Counted from the stretch's first letter, positions 39,205-49,251 are shown. The stretch is DNA of 64,000 bases from Spirochaetes bacterium ADurb.Bin133 (GCA_002070605.1 MWDO01000001.1:24886-88885); one strand, 5' to 3'. A program made the numbers and translations. The notes: generated from the sequence alone by a model not told the origin.

Positions 39205-39405
39205 GTTTTAACGCATATGCGACGATTCGCTCTTAACATCATATGTGTCAATTTTATTTTTTTGACACATATGGGCTATTCTTTTATCAGGGAGCGGCTT
39301 ACATGCAGCTCCATATGTGTCAAATTTTTAAAGCAGTAGAGCGCGCCCCGCTGTTTGTCGGTATCATATGTGTCAAATTTTTATTCCCAAAAAACCGGCG
39401 GGATA
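39205..39405. repeat. Composite CATATG-family element (module E, three TTGACACATATG units and a right terminal repeat)
   Basis: Six CATATG cores in about 190 bp. It ends in ttcccaaaaaaccggcggg, the reverse complement of the left terminal repeat cccgccggttttttggg. Confidence 0.75.
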
Positions 39406-39477
39406 CTTTCAAATCAGATTATTTAGTTGAAAATTAAAATTTTTTCTGTTATAAACATTCTAAAAAAAGGGGGCGCT

Positions 39478-40089
39478 ATGACTGTCGCATGTCTTGATCT
39501 GGAAGGGGTGTTATTGCCTGAAATATGGATAGGGGTGTCAAAAAAAACAGGAATAGAGAAATTATCTTTAACTACCAGAGATATAAGCGACTACGACGAG
39601 TTAATGCGCTTAAGGCTCGGGATTTTAAGAGAAAATAACATAAAAATGAAAGATATAAAGGAGGTCATAGCTACGTTATCGCCGCTTGAGGGGGCGTACG
39701 ACTTCTTAAAGCGACTGCAAAAAGTTTTTCAAGTTATTATTTTGTCGGACACGTATTATGAATTTGCTATGCCTCTTATGGAAAAGCTCGGTTCTCCTAC
39801 GCTTTTTTGTCATAAACTGGAGATAGACGACGAAGGATTTATAGCGGATTATAAGATAAGGTTGAAAGATTCGAAGAGAGAAGCCGTAATGAGGTTGAAA
39901 GAGCTGAATTTTAAGATAATAGCCAGCGGCGATAGTTATAACGACATTTCGATGCTTGGCGCCGCCGCCGCGGGTATACTATTTTGTCCGCCGGACAACG
40001 TTATCAAAGAATTTCCGCAATTCCCGGTTTGTCTTAATTACGACGAGCTATACGACGCTTTTATAGAGGCGGACGCTCGGACGTCGTAA
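39478..40089 (+). CDS. thrH: ThrH-type HAD phosphoserine phosphatase / homoserine phosphotransferase
   Basis: MTVACLDLEGVLLPEIWI...ATTRDI.DYD...ILSDTYYEF...GDSYND matches ThrH nearly residue for residue. I chose the ATG at 39478 with an aaaggggg RBS. Confidence 0.85.
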   Translation: MTVACLDLEGVLLPEIWIGVSKKTGIEKLSLTTRDISDYDELMRLRLGILRENNIKMKDIKEVIATLSPLEGAYDFLKRLQKVFQVIILSDTYYEFAMPLMEKLGSPTLFCHKLEIDDEGFIADYKIRLKDSKREAVMRLKELNFKIIASGDSYNDISMLGAAAAGILFCPPDNVIKEFPQFPVCLNYDELYDAFIEADARTS

Positions 40090-40238
40090 AGGCGTTTAGA
40101 GTATTAAAAATATTCGATTTCTCTTACGATTCGGCATAAATTTATGCGGCGCGTTACGATAGATTTGAGCGATAAAATTGGAGCGGTTTTTTCAAATTTT
40201 AGTTGCAAATTATAATTAATTTAATATAATCGGAACGG

Positions 40239-40970
40239 ATGTTCGTCTTTCGTGATAAGATTTATATAGAAGAAATAGATTCGACAAACTCATATCTAAA
40301 GAGTTTGAACGCCGTTGACGGGACTCTGCTCTATACTTTCAATCAGACTAAGGGAAGAGGGAGAGAAAATAGAGAGTGGTTGAATTTTAAGGATAAGGAC
40401 TTGGCTTTATCCGTATTATTTGTTCCGCAATATCCCGTTGAAAATTTTCTGTGGCACATAGCGGTTTTTTCTTTGTCTCTTATCGACATGCTAAAGGAAG
40501 AAGGGGTAGAAAACGGCTGGATTAAGTGGCCCAACGACGTTTATGTCGGCGATGGGAAAATAGCGGGTGTATTAGCGGAGTCCGTCTGGAACGGCGGCGT
40601 TATGGAGAAACTCATAGTAGGAATAGGGATAAATATAAACTCGGATAGAGACGATCTTTCCGCTATTGATAAAAAGACTACCTCGGTATATATTGAGACT
40701 AACAAATTTTTATCGCTAAATAGCTTTGCGGAGAGATACGTAGAAAAATTGGAGAGGTATTTCGGCGTTTTTTTTAGCGACGGCGGCAAAAAAGAGATAC
40801 GTAAGAGATGGATCGACAACAATAAATTGTTAGGTAAGAGAGTCGAGTGGATTGTTTGCGATAAGAAATATATAGGGACGATCGTCGATATAGACGACGA
40901 CGGGTATCCGACGTTAGACGACGGAGTAGAAACAAGGAGAGTTATATCGGGAGATATATTTTTGATATAG
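40239..40970 (+). CDS. birA: Biotin--[acetyl-CoA-carboxylase] ligase (group I, no HTH)
   Basis: KGRGRENREW and GWIKWPNDVYVGDGKIAGVLAE motifs. It lies upstream of the biotin-dependent oad operon. Confidence 0.85.
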   Translation: MFVFRDKIYIEEIDSTNSYLKSLNAVDGTLLYTFNQTKGRGRENREWLNFKDKDLALSVLFVPQYPVENFLWHIAVFSLSLIDMLKEEGVENGWIKWPNDVYVGDGKIAGVLAESVWNGGVMEKLIVGIGININSDRDDLSAIDKKTTSVYIETNKFLSLNSFAERYVEKLERYFGVFFSDGGKKEIRKRWIDNNKLLGKRVEWIVCDKKYIGTIVDIDDDGYPTLDDGVETRRVISGDIFLI

Positions 40971-41026
40971 CGCATAAAATAAACGGTCTATTTTAAGAAC
41001 ATATTTTAAGAACAAAGGAGGAGAGG

Positions 41027-41257
41027 ATGTCTGACGTAAGCAGAATTATTGGCGAGGCGGCGATAGTTATGGTTATAGGAATGGGAGTAGTTTTTGTATT
41101 CCTGATCATTCTGGTTTTTTTAGTTAATATTGTCGGCAAGTTGATAAAATTATCGGGCGCAGATAAAGTCGTCGAGGTAAAGTCGCCGTCTAAAGAAAGA
41201 GACGATTATCAGGCGACGATAGCGGCTATATCTTTTGCGTTTAAGCAAAGAATGTAA
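41027..41257 (+). CDS. oadG: Oxaloacetate decarboxylase gamma subunit
   Basis: 76 aa with a single TM helix, in the position typical of OadG. Confidence 0.7.
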   Translation: MSDVSRIIGEAAIVMVIGMGVVFVFLIILVFLVNIVGKLIKLSGADKVVEVKSPSKERDDYQATIAAISFAFKQRM

Positions 41258-41309
41258 AACAAGAACAGTATTTGAAAACAAAACGTTATATAATTAAGGA
41301 GAAAAAAAT

Positions 41310-43070
41310 ATGGCTAAAATTAAGGTTACGGACTTAGCGCTTAGAGACGCTCATCAGTCTCTTTTAGCAACCCGAATGGTTACTTCGGATATGTTGCCGA
41401 TAGCGGAAAAATTAAATAAAGTTGGATTCTGGTCCATGGAGACATGGGGCGGAGCGACTTTCGATTCATGTATAAGGTTTTTGAACGAAGACCCATGGGA
41501 GAGAATAAGAAAACTTAAAGCGGCTCATCCGAATACTCAGATGCAGATGCTTTTAAGAGGACAGAATTTGCTGGGATATAGAAATTACGCCGACGACGTT
41601 GTGGATAAATTTGTCGAGAGAGCGGCTATAAACGGAGTAGACGTATTTAGAATATTCGACGCTCTCAACGATACGAGAAATCTCGATAGATCGATAAAAG
41701 CGGTAAAAAAAGCGAAAAAACACGCTCAAGGGACTATAAGTTACGCGACGACTCCTTATCATACGGTAGAAAAGTATGTGGAGTTGGCTGAACAATTGGT
41801 AAAACTGGGCGTGGATTCTATATGTATCAAAGATATGGCGGGACTTCTCAAACCTTACGACGCGTTTAATTTAATAAAAGCTCTTAAGGGAAAAATCGGC
41901 GTTCCAATCAGCGTACATTCTCACTCTACTACCGGTATGTCCGTCGCAACTTTAGTTAAAGCGGTTGAAGCCGGAGCGGAGATGATTGATACCGCCATAT
42001 CGTCGATGGGTATGGGGACAAGTCATTCGCCTACGGAGACTATGGTCGAAATTCTTCAAAATACGGAGTGGGATACCGGTCTGGACGTAAAACTTTTGGT
42101 AGAGATCGCCGGTTACTTTAGAGAGATCAGAAAGAAATATAAGCAGTTTGAGTCCTCTTTCTTGGGGGCGGATACGAGAATTCTTATCGCGCAAGTTCCG
42201 GGCGGAATGTTGTCAAATCTCGAAAGCCAGCTGAAGGAGCAAAACGCGTCGGAAAAAATTGACGACGTTTTAAAAGAAATCGCCGTTGTTCAAAAAGATT
42301 TTGGATATCCTCCGTTGGTTACCCCAACTTCTCAGATAGTCGGAACTCAATCCGTATTTAACGTTATTTTTGGAAGATACAATAGGCTTACCGCGGAGTC
42401 CAAGAATCTATTAGTCGGCAACTATGGTAAAACTCCGGCAAAACCGAACGAAGAATTGGTTAAAAAAGCTATGAGCGAGCTAAATATCCAAAAGGTAACG
42501 GAAAACAGACCGGCCGATAATATTCCTAACGAATTTGACAAAATAGCCGCCGAGCTTAAAGAAAAAATGGGCGGTAAAGAGGTTCATGTAGACGACGTTC
42601 TTACGTACGCTCTATTCCCGCAAATTGCCGTAAATTTCCTTAACAATAGAGATAAAGGTCCGGTTGTATTTGAAGCTCCGGTAGAAGACGCGAAGAAAGC
42701 GGCTTCAAAATACGTTCTTAACGTTAACGGTAAAGAATACAACGTAGAATTTAAGGGCGACAATTCCGTAAGCGTCGACGGAAAAACCTATGAAGTAAAA
42801 TTCGGCGAAGGGGTCGCTAATACCGAATCGCGCCATGATAAGAAGATCGAAAAAGGCGCAAAAGTTATAGAGTCTCCCGTTGCGGGAACCGTTTTGAGAT
42901 ATAACTATAAGGACGGCGATTCTATAAAAGAAGGCGATACGTTGCTGATATTAGAGTCGATGAAAATGGAGCTTGAAATTAAGTCGACGGCTGCCGGTAA
43001 GATCGAGTATCTTGTAGATTTGGGAGACAAGGTTAGCGCCGGTCAACCTATAGTCGAAGTCTTATCTTAA
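41310..43070 (+). CDS. oadA: Oxaloacetate decarboxylase alpha subunit (carboxyltransferase plus biotinyl domain)
   Basis: N-terminal KVTDLALRDAHQSL and C-terminal biotinylation site LESMKMELEI. Confidence 0.9.
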   Translation: MAKIKVTDLALRDAHQSLLATRMVTSDMLPIAEKLNKVGFWSMETWGGATFDSCIRFLNEDPWERIRKLKAAHPNTQMQMLLRGQNLLGYRNYADDVVDKFVERAAINGVDVFRIFDALNDTRNLDRSIKAVKKAKKHAQGTISYATTPYHTVEKYVELAEQLVKLGVDSICIKDMAGLLKPYDAFNLIKALKGKIGVPISVHSHSTTGMSVATLVKAVEAGAEMIDTAISSMGMGTSHSPTETMVEILQNTEWDTGLDVKLLVEIAGYFREIRKKYKQFESSFLGADTRILIAQVPGGMLSNLESQLKEQNASEKIDDVLKEIAVVQKDFGYPPLVTPTSQIVGTQSVFNVIFGRYNRLTAESKNLLVGNYGKTPAKPNEELVKKAMSELNIQKVTENRPADNIPNEFDKIAAELKEKMGGKEVHVDDVLTYALFPQIAVNFLNNRDKGPVVFEAPVEDAKKAASKYVLNVNGKEYNVEFKGDNSVSVDGKTYEVKFGEGVANTESRHDKKIEKGAKVIESPVAGTVLRYNYKDGDSIKEGDTLLILESMKMELEIKSTAAGKIEYLVDLGDKVSAGQPIVEVLS

Positions 43071-43085
43071 AGAAAGGAGTTTTTA

Positions 43086-44558
43086 ATGATTAAGAATAAA
43101 AAAATTCCGTCGATATTTGTCAAGACTTTGGGAATGATAGGATGCGCGATAATTCTATCTTTTATATTCTCAAAGGTTGTAGACGGCAGACTGACGGGAA
43201 AAAATAGTATTAATAAAACGGAAGTTCTTTCGTTGGAAAAAAAGGAGCTGAAAGAGTTAGACAGTCCGATTATTGCGTCGCAATCTCCGGATTCGATAGA
43301 GGTTGTTACTACTAAGGCGGAAGATAAAGATAACGAGACGGAAGCTATAAATATGGGCTCTTTCTTTGTGAATTTAATCAGAAATACGGGCGTTTACGCG
43401 TTTTTTAACTACAAAGAAGAGACTATAAATCCGGCGGGCGAACCTACTACCGTTTTTGGTTGGCAAAATTTTATAATGATATTGGTGGCGTTGGTCGTTA
43501 TATATCTCGGCGCGGCTAAAAATTTTGAACCGTTACTGCTTATTCCTATAGGTTTTGGAGCGGTGTTTGTTAATATCCCGCTTGGGGGAACGTGGATCGA
43601 TCCTTCTACGGGGCATCCCGGATTTTTAAAGATCATTTACGACGCGGGGGTTGGAAACGAATTTTTCCCGCTGATAATTTTCATGGGCATAGGAGCTTTA
43701 ACGGATTTTGGTCCGCTTATCGCCAACCCTAAAACGGCGCTTTTAGGAGCCGCCGCTCAATTTGGAGTATTTACGACTCTTTTTGGAGCGGTATTGCTAA
43801 ATGCAATTCCGGGCGTGAGTTATTCGTTAAAAGAAGCCTGCGCTATATCGATTATAGGGGGAGCGGACGGTCCGACGACGATTTATATAGCGGCTAAACT
43901 AGCGCCGCACTTAATGGGGTCGGTTGCCGTAGCGGCGTATTCTTATATGGCGCTGGTGCCGATAATTCAGCCGCCGATTATGAGACTATTGACGACTAAA
44001 AAAGAGAAACTTATCAGAATGAAACAATTGAGACACGTAGGAAAAGTTGAGAAGGTCCTATTTCCTATGGTTGTATTTGGGCTCACCATATTACTGTTAC
44101 CCGCGGCGGCTCCTTTGTTGGGCGCGCTTTGCTTTGGTAATTTTGTTAGAGAGTCGGGAGTGGTCGAGAGATTATCGCAAACTCTGCAAAACGAACTTTT
44201 AAATATTATAACAATATTTTTAGGTTTGGGGGTAGGTTCTCAGATGAGCGCCGACAAATTTATGCAAGTATCGACGATAGGGATAGTGTTGTTGGGTCTG
44301 TTGGCGTTTTGTATCGCTACCGCCTCCGGCGTGCTGGTAGCAAAAGTGATGAATTTATTCTTGAAGGAGAAAATTAATCCTCTTATAGGTTCGGCCGGGG
44401 TATCGGCTGTGCCGATGGCGGCGAGAGTATCTAACAAGGTTGGGCAAGAATACGACCCGGGTAATTTCTTGATAATGCACGCCATGGGGCCTAACGTTGC
44501 GGGAGTTATCGGAACGGCGGTAGCGGCGGGCGTTATGATAGCGGCTTTTATGAAATAA
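43086..44558 (+). CDS. oadB: Sodium-translocating decarboxylase beta subunit
   Basis: Polytopic membrane protein with [11 protein letters not shown] and other OadB/GcdB-like segments. Confidence 0.85.
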   Translation: MIKNKKIPSIFVKTLGMIGCAIILSFIFSKVVDGRLTGKNSINKTEVLSLEKKELKELDSPIIASQSPDSIEVVTTKAEDKDNETEAINMGSFFVNLIRNTGVYAFFNYKEETINPAGEPTTVFGWQNFIMILVALVVIYLGAAKNFEPLLLIPIGFGAVFVNIPLGGTWIDPSTGHPGFLKIIYDAGVGNEFFPLIIFMGIGALTDFGPLIANPKTALLGAAAQFGVFTTLFGAVLLNAIPGVSYSLKEACAISIIGGADGPTTIYIAAKLAPHLMGSVAVAAYSYMALVPIIQPPIMRLLTTKKEKLIRMKQLRHVGKVEKVLFPMVVFGLTILLLPAAAPLLGALCFGNFVRESGVVERLSQTLQNELLNIITIFLGLGVGSQMSADKFMQVSTIGIVLLGLLAFCIATASGVLVAKVMNLFLKEKINPLIGSAGVSAVPMAARVSNKVGQEYDPGNFLIMHAMGPNVAGVIGTAVAAGVMIAAFMK

Positions 44559-44603
44559 TTAGTATTAAATTTTGGGACGAATGTTCTCGACCTATTTAGT
44601 CGA

Positions 44604-44657
44604 CGGATGCGTTTTAGAATAGTTTTAGAAATAAAATAAAAAACGCATCCGTTTTTG
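44604..44657 (+). terminator. Terminator-like hairpin after oadB
   Basis: cggatgcgtttt...aaaacgcatccg followed by tttttg. The loop is large. Confidence 0.5.
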
Positions 44658-44742
44658 ATTGATTTTTAGCGTTTTTAATATATAATTAATATAGAAGGAT
44701 TTTAAAAAAGGGTTTAAAAAGAGGGACTTTAAAGAGAGATAT

Positions 44743-45258
44743 TTGAAGGAGTTTTTTATGACAAATAAAACAGTTAAAGCGGCGCTATGTATTTCCATAT
44801 TTAGCTTGGTTTTTCTTATATCAAGTTGCGCCGTTCCTTTTGATATTACAAGCTCGAAAATAACGATCGAACTGCAAAACACTTGCGGATTATATGTCGA
44901 AAGCGAAATAAAAATACCGGAAGAGGTATTAAAGAGCAATGTTTCATTTTCCGAGATTGTGTTGTATTATACCGTAAGGAAAAACGGCTCGTTTGTTGCC
45001 AAAGTAGAGATGTATGCGTCTACAGATCAAAAGGCGGATAATTTGAAAGGCGGTAACGATGAGAAACTGATAGGCGTAGAACTGGGTTTGTCAGAAAATA
45101 AAAAAAGCGGGGAGGTCGTTTCAAATAAAATAAGAGAAGTCTTAAATAGTAAATTGCCAAAATTTGTCGTCGGCGGAGAAAACCTGTCGGCAAACCCCTT
45201 GTCTTCAATATTTATTGATTTGGAAGTAAGATTCGTCGGAACTTATTCCGCTTTCTAA
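44743..45258 (+). CDS. Hypothetical lipoprotein
   Basis: Signal peptide plus lipobox (LISSCA). Confidence 0.45.
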   Translation: MKEFFMTNKTVKAALCISIFSLVFLISSCAVPFDITSSKITIELQNTCGLYVESEIKIPEEVLKSNVSFSEIVLYYTVRKNGSFVAKVEMYASTDQKADNLKGGNDEKLIGVELGLSENKKSGEVVSNKIREVLNSKLPKFVVGGENLSANPLSSIFIDLEVRFVGTYSAF

Positions 45259-45301
45259 CGGAGCGGAATAATAAAGAAAAAAAGTCCAAGATTTAACTTT
45301 A

Positions 45302-45385
45302 TATGATCTGGAATTTGACGCATCGTTTGATATGAATGTTTATATTTCATTTTTGAATGGGAAAACGGTAAAAGCTATGAGATAA
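45302..45385 (+). pseudogene. Silent internal fragment (about 27 codons) of the 330-aa lipoprotein family
   Basis: YDLEFDASFDMNVYISFLNGKTVKAMR*. Compare IYDMEYDASFDTNPYIVLLNGKAIKL in 48259..49251 and YDASFDLNPYLLINNKLLKF in 51677..52663. Confidence 0.6.
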
Positions 45386-45411
45386 TAAATTAAATTTTTA
45401 CGGAGGTTATA

Positions 45412-45798
45412 ATGAATAAGATATACTTTATTCTTATTATTTGTTTAGTTTGCGGTTTAATCGGTTGTCCCTATATATTCGACGACTCTCTTGTCGGAGC
45501 ATGGGGCATTGAAGTTAGCGGCAATGTTTACAAAAGCGTTGAGTTTACCGTCGACGGCAATATGTCGCTTTACGACGTTACGTATTACTCTTCGGATAAT
45601 ACTACGGACTACGGTTTTCCCTTTGCGAATACCGGATATTCGACTTTGAGCGCGACTTTAAAATGCTTTTCTTACTGCGGCAAACTCGATTATTGGAGCG
45701 AAAATAACTATTCAGGGAAAATCACGGTCAATTATTTTATTTCAGGGGGGAGATTATCTATTCCGGAAATGTCGTTGAACGATCTTGTTAAAATGTGA
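45412..45798 (+). CDS. Small hypothetical lipoprotein
   Basis: Signal peptide plus lipobox (LIGCPY). Confidence 0.45.
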   Translation: MNKIYFILIICLVCGLIGCPYIFDDSLVGAWGIEVSGNVYKSVEFTVDGNMSLYDVTYYSSDNTTDYGFPFANTGYSTLSATLKCFSYCGKLDYWSENNYSGKITVNYFISGGRLSIPEMSLNDLVKM

Positions 45799-45817
45799 GA
45801 GAACTCAACGCGGCGCG

Positions 45818-45878
45818 CATGCGGTTATATAAGTTTTGGGCTCGAATATCGCATAGGGAGTATAAAATAAGTTGTCGG
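45818..45878 (+). pseudogene. Silent 3' fragment of the OMP-like partner gene family
   Basis: It encodes ...ACGYISFGLEYRIGSIK*. Compare the C-termini of 49248..49955 (GVEYRVGSIK*) and 52683..53324 (YGYISFGIEYRIGYCLDK*). Confidence 0.65.
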
Positions 45879-45991
45879 CAATATCGCGAAAATTTTTAAA
45901 TTGAAAATACAAGATTTTTGTTGTATATTATCCCAGCGACAAAGAATGACCGCCATCCTTTGTAATCATAAAACAATAAAGCGGAGATTTT

Positions 45992-46774
45992 ATGAATTAT
46001 TGGACTAAATTAAGTATAGATTTTGCGAATCAACGAAATTACTTAGATGAACTTTTTCAAATTTATCCAACTATTCCAGAAGGCATTCGAGATATAGATA
46101 AAGAAATTTGGAATAAAATTGAAAAGAGTTTTGAGAAAAAAGACAATATCGAGTTAATAAAAATGTTACTGGGCTTAAATTTATTTCCAATTAAAGATTC
46201 TTATGTTGCATATCTTAAAAGAGACCTGTCTTCAATAGAAAGAAATCCAAATACTATTAATAGACTTTGTGGAAGATTATACGAGATGGGTTTAGATAAA
46301 ATTTATGAAAAATGTTCAGAACCAAAGGAAACAAATCGTCAAATTGGACCATTATTTAAAAGATGGTTAAAAAAAGGTTCTTTAGGAATTGCCCCGGTAA
46401 ATATTTTTGATTTTGAAAAATCTAAAAACAATGCTATACTCGACGCTAGCGATGCAGAAATGCAATCTTGGTGTAAAAAAAACCTTAATTATAACAGAGA
46501 TAAAGGGTTAGATTTTGTTGGAAGATTTAATGGAAAGTATATAATTGGCGAAGCAAAATTTTTAACAGATTTTGGCGGACATCAAAATACGCAGTTTGCA
46601 GATGCAATAAGTACAATAAAATCTAAAAATGTTAAAGCAATAAAAATTGCTATTCTCGATGGAGTTTTATATATCAAGGGTGGTAATAAAATGTATCGAG
46701 ATGTAACAGAGACTTACAAAGAAGAAAACATATTAAGCGCCTTACTTTTAAGGGATTTCATATACTCAATATAA
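45992..46774 (+). CDS. Putative type II restriction endonuclease (cognate of the downstream methyltransferase)
   Basis: PD-(D/E)xK-like DFVGRFNGKYIIGEAKF. Its stop is 6 nt before the methyltransferase start. AT-rich and CpG-poor compared with the backbone. Confidence 0.45.
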   Translation: MNYWTKLSIDFANQRNYLDELFQIYPTIPEGIRDIDKEIWNKIEKSFEKKDNIELIKMLLGLNLFPIKDSYVAYLKRDLSSIERNPNTINRLCGRLYEMGLDKIYEKCSEPKETNRQIGPLFKRWLKKGSLGIAPVNIFDFEKSKNNAILDASDAEMQSWCKKNLNYNRDKGLDFVGRFNGKYIIGEAKFLTDFGGHQNTQFADAISTIKSKNVKAIKIAILDGVLYIKGGNKMYRDVTETYKEENILSALLLRDFIYSI

Positions 46775-46786
46775 GGAGATTTGATT

Positions 46787-47971
46787 ATGGAACTTAATTA
46801 TAAGGGTAAAAAAGATATAAATGATATAGTTAATAATACTCCGCCTGCCTTTTTAGAAGGAATTTGGAATGAATCGTCAAACAAATTAATAAAAGGAAAT
46901 AATTTACACACATTAAAAGCATTAATAACTAATTATAACTTAAAAGGAAAAATTGACTTAATTTATATTGACCCGCCATTTTCGACAAATACCGTATTTA
47001 CAATTGGAGAAGAAAGAGTAAGTACTATCAGTTCAAAAAAAGATGATGAAATTGCATATTCTGATAATTTAAAGGGAAACGAATTCCTCGAGTTTTTACG
47101 GGAACGATTAATATTAGCAAGAGAATTGATGTCAGACAAATCTTCTATATATTTACATATTGATTATAAAATCGGTCATTATGTTAAAATTATTATGGAT
47201 GAGATATTTGGAGTTGAAAATTTTAGAAATGATATTACAAGAATAAAATGTAATCCTAAAAATTTTGACCGTAAAGCTTATGGGAATATAAAAGATTTAA
47301 TTTTATTTTATTCAAAAACAAAAGATTTGATTTGGAATGACCCAAAAACAATTTTTACTGAAGATGATATTAATAGATTATTCAAGAAAGTTGATGAAAA
47401 TGGACGTCGTTATACTACAATTCCTTTACATGCGCCAGGCGAAACAAAAAATGGCGTTACATCGCAAGAATTTAGAGGTATTAAACCTCCAGCAGGCAGG
47501 CATTGGAGATGTGATCCTAAAATTTTAGAAGAACTTGATTTACAAGGATTAATTGAATGGTCAAGTAACGGCGTTCCTAGAAAAAAAATATTTGCAGATG
47601 AGCAAGATGGTAAAAAACTTCAAGATATATGGGATTTTAAAGATTATCAATATCCTGTTTATCCGACTGAAAAGAATTTAGATTTATTAAAAACTATTAT
47701 TTCAGCATCTTCTAATGAAAAAAGTATTGTTATGGATTTTTTTTGCGGCTCCGGTACTACATTAATTGCAAGCCAAGAACTTGGTCGTACTTGGATTGGT
47801 ATTGATCAATCAGAAAAGGCAATTGAAGTTACTAAAAAAAAGATTAATGCAATTCCTAATAGTCTTTTTTCATCAGTTAATTATGATTATTTATATGAAA
47901 AAAATATTGAGGAATATACGCCCACGCCTTCCTTGGCTTCGGCTTTAAATATCGCTAGGGTTGGAAATTAA
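46787..47971 (+). CDS. Type II N4/N6 DNA methyltransferase (beta-class)
   Basis: Motif IV DLIYIDPPFSTN lies near the N-terminus and motif I FFCGSGTT near the C-terminus. Confidence 0.8.
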   Translation: MELNYKGKKDINDIVNNTPPAFLEGIWNESSNKLIKGNNLHTLKALITNYNLKGKIDLIYIDPPFSTNTVFTIGEERVSTISSKKDDEIAYSDNLKGNEFLEFLRERLILARELMSDKSSIYLHIDYKIGHYVKIIMDEIFGVENFRNDITRIKCNPKNFDRKAYGNIKDLILFYSKTKDLIWNDPKTIFTEDDINRLFKKVDENGRRYTTIPLHAPGETKNGVTSQEFRGIKPPAGRHWRCDPKILEELDLQGLIEWSSNGVPRKKIFADEQDGKKLQDIWDFKDYQYPVYPTEKNLDLLKTIISASSNEKSIVMDFFCGSGTTLIASQELGRTWIGIDQSEKAIEVTKKKINAIPNSLFSSVNYDYLYEKNIEEYTPTPSLASALNIARVGN

Positions 47972-47984
47972 GAATTGCGCGATA

Positions 47985-48080
47985 CAACCGACGTCTATTC
48001 AATAATGAAACCCGCATGCGGTTATATAAGTTTTGGGATCGAATATCGCATAGGGTATTGTCCGGATAAGTAAGAGATAA
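47985..48080 (+). pseudogene. Silent 3' fragment (about 32 codons) of the OMP-like gene family
   Basis: It encodes ...TTDVYSIMKPACGYISFGIEYRIGYCPDK*, nearly identical to the C-terminus of 52683..53324 (KYTTDVYSIMRPAYGYISFGIEYRIGYCLDK*). Confidence 0.7.
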
Positions 48081-48258
48081 AATTGTAAGATTGTTTAATA
48101 AATGATAGGATTGTTTAATAAACAAGTAAAAATTATTTGAAATTATGCGATATTATAGATTGCGCTTCGGATATGTTTATCGAGAGAGCGAAAGAACTTA
48201 AAAATGCAACTCTCCGTTTCAAAAAAGCGGGGACTTCTTTTTTATTTAAGGAAAAGTT

Positions 48259-49251
48259 ATGAAAATAAAACTTTTTTTGCCTGCGATATTAATTTTTGTA
48301 TTGTGTTGCTGTTCCTGTTCCAACGAAATTGATCCGAATTATTTACCGTCGTTTGACGGCATAGAGGTAGATGAAAATACTATTTTCTTATCTAACATAA
48401 AAGACGATAAAAAACATATCATATATGCGGTTGATACGAGCAATGATAAAATATTGTATAAATACGAATTTAAAAATTTGATAATTTACGACATGGAATA
48501 CGACGCGTCGTTTGATACGAATCCTTATATTGTATTGCTCAATGGAAAAGCGATAAAATTAAATACAAAAACAGGGTTATGCGAGAAGTTTAGTATTAAT
48601 TTTACTCCCGAGCGCGTTGAAGTTGTTGGCGACAAACTCTGGATAACTCCAACAGGCGTTGGATTTGAAGGATCGCCTAAAGAATACTATATTTATGACT
48701 CTAAAACAAATAATACTGAATATATTACATTACCGGAAGGTTTGTTTCGTGGCGATTGGACATTTATTAATAACTGTTACTACTTAGCTCTTTCAATTAG
48801 TTCTTATGGCGACATATTATATAATTTAACTGAAAAAAAGAATATAGGCGGGAATTTTTTTAATAGAAATCATTCATTTTATAAATTGTCTGGAAATTAT
48901 TTGCAAGATTCATTTATCTCATCAGCGTCTGATTATGAAGAGGTATATTATATAAATTCTTTTGAACCTTTTAATTATAAATCTCTTTATAAAAGCGATA
49001 AATATTTGTTGTTAATTAATGTTTTTGAAAAAAATAATTATTCATATTTTGTTGAAATAGGAAATAATTATTTAAATATTACAAAAAGGGATATAATAAA
49101 CAACTATATAGAACTAAAGAATATACAAATATATGATTCTTGGAATTATCTTACCTATTGCAAAAACGGTTATATCTGGTGCGTAAGCGAAGATAACGAC
49201 GGGGCGTATAAGGTCGATATGGACGATTTGAGCTATGAGATAATAAATTGA
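48259..49251 (+). CDS. Variable surface lipoprotein, cassette copy 1
   Basis: The lipoprotein signal MKIKLFLPAILIFVLCCCSCSNE is identical to copy 2. The C-terminus YCKNGYIWCVSEDNDGAYKVDMDDLSYEIIN is also identical. The middle is divergent. About 45 bp of the 5' UTR match copy 2. Confidence 0.6.
   Translation: MKIKLFLPAILIFVLCCCSCSNEIDPNYLPSFDGIEVDENTIFLSNIKDDKKHIIYAVDTSNDKILYKYEFKNLIIYDMEYDASFDTNPYIVLLNGKAIKLNTKTGLCEKFSINFTPERVEVVGDKLWITPTGVGFEGSPKEYYIYDSKTNNTEYITLPEGLFRGDWTFINNCYYLALSISSYGDILYNLTEKKNIGGNFFNRNHSFYKLSGNYLQDSFISSASDYEEVYYINSFEPFNYKSLYKSDKYLLLINVFEKNNYSYFVEIGNNYLNITKRDIINNYIELKNIQIYDSWNYLTYCKNGYIWCVSEDNDGAYKVDMDDLSYEIIN

Noticed and set aside
30476-39405. Possible CRISPR array, given the many short repeated palindromic units
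   Set aside because: The repeats are not uniform in length or spacing, they are imperfect palindromes with shared modules rather than repeat-spacer structure, and no cas genes are present. I interpret them as MITE/REP-like elements.
44625-44939. 104-aa minus-strand ORF between oadB and the downstream lipoprotein gene
   Set aside because: It spans the terminator hairpin and the lipoprotein gene's promoter and 5' region in antisense. Spurious.
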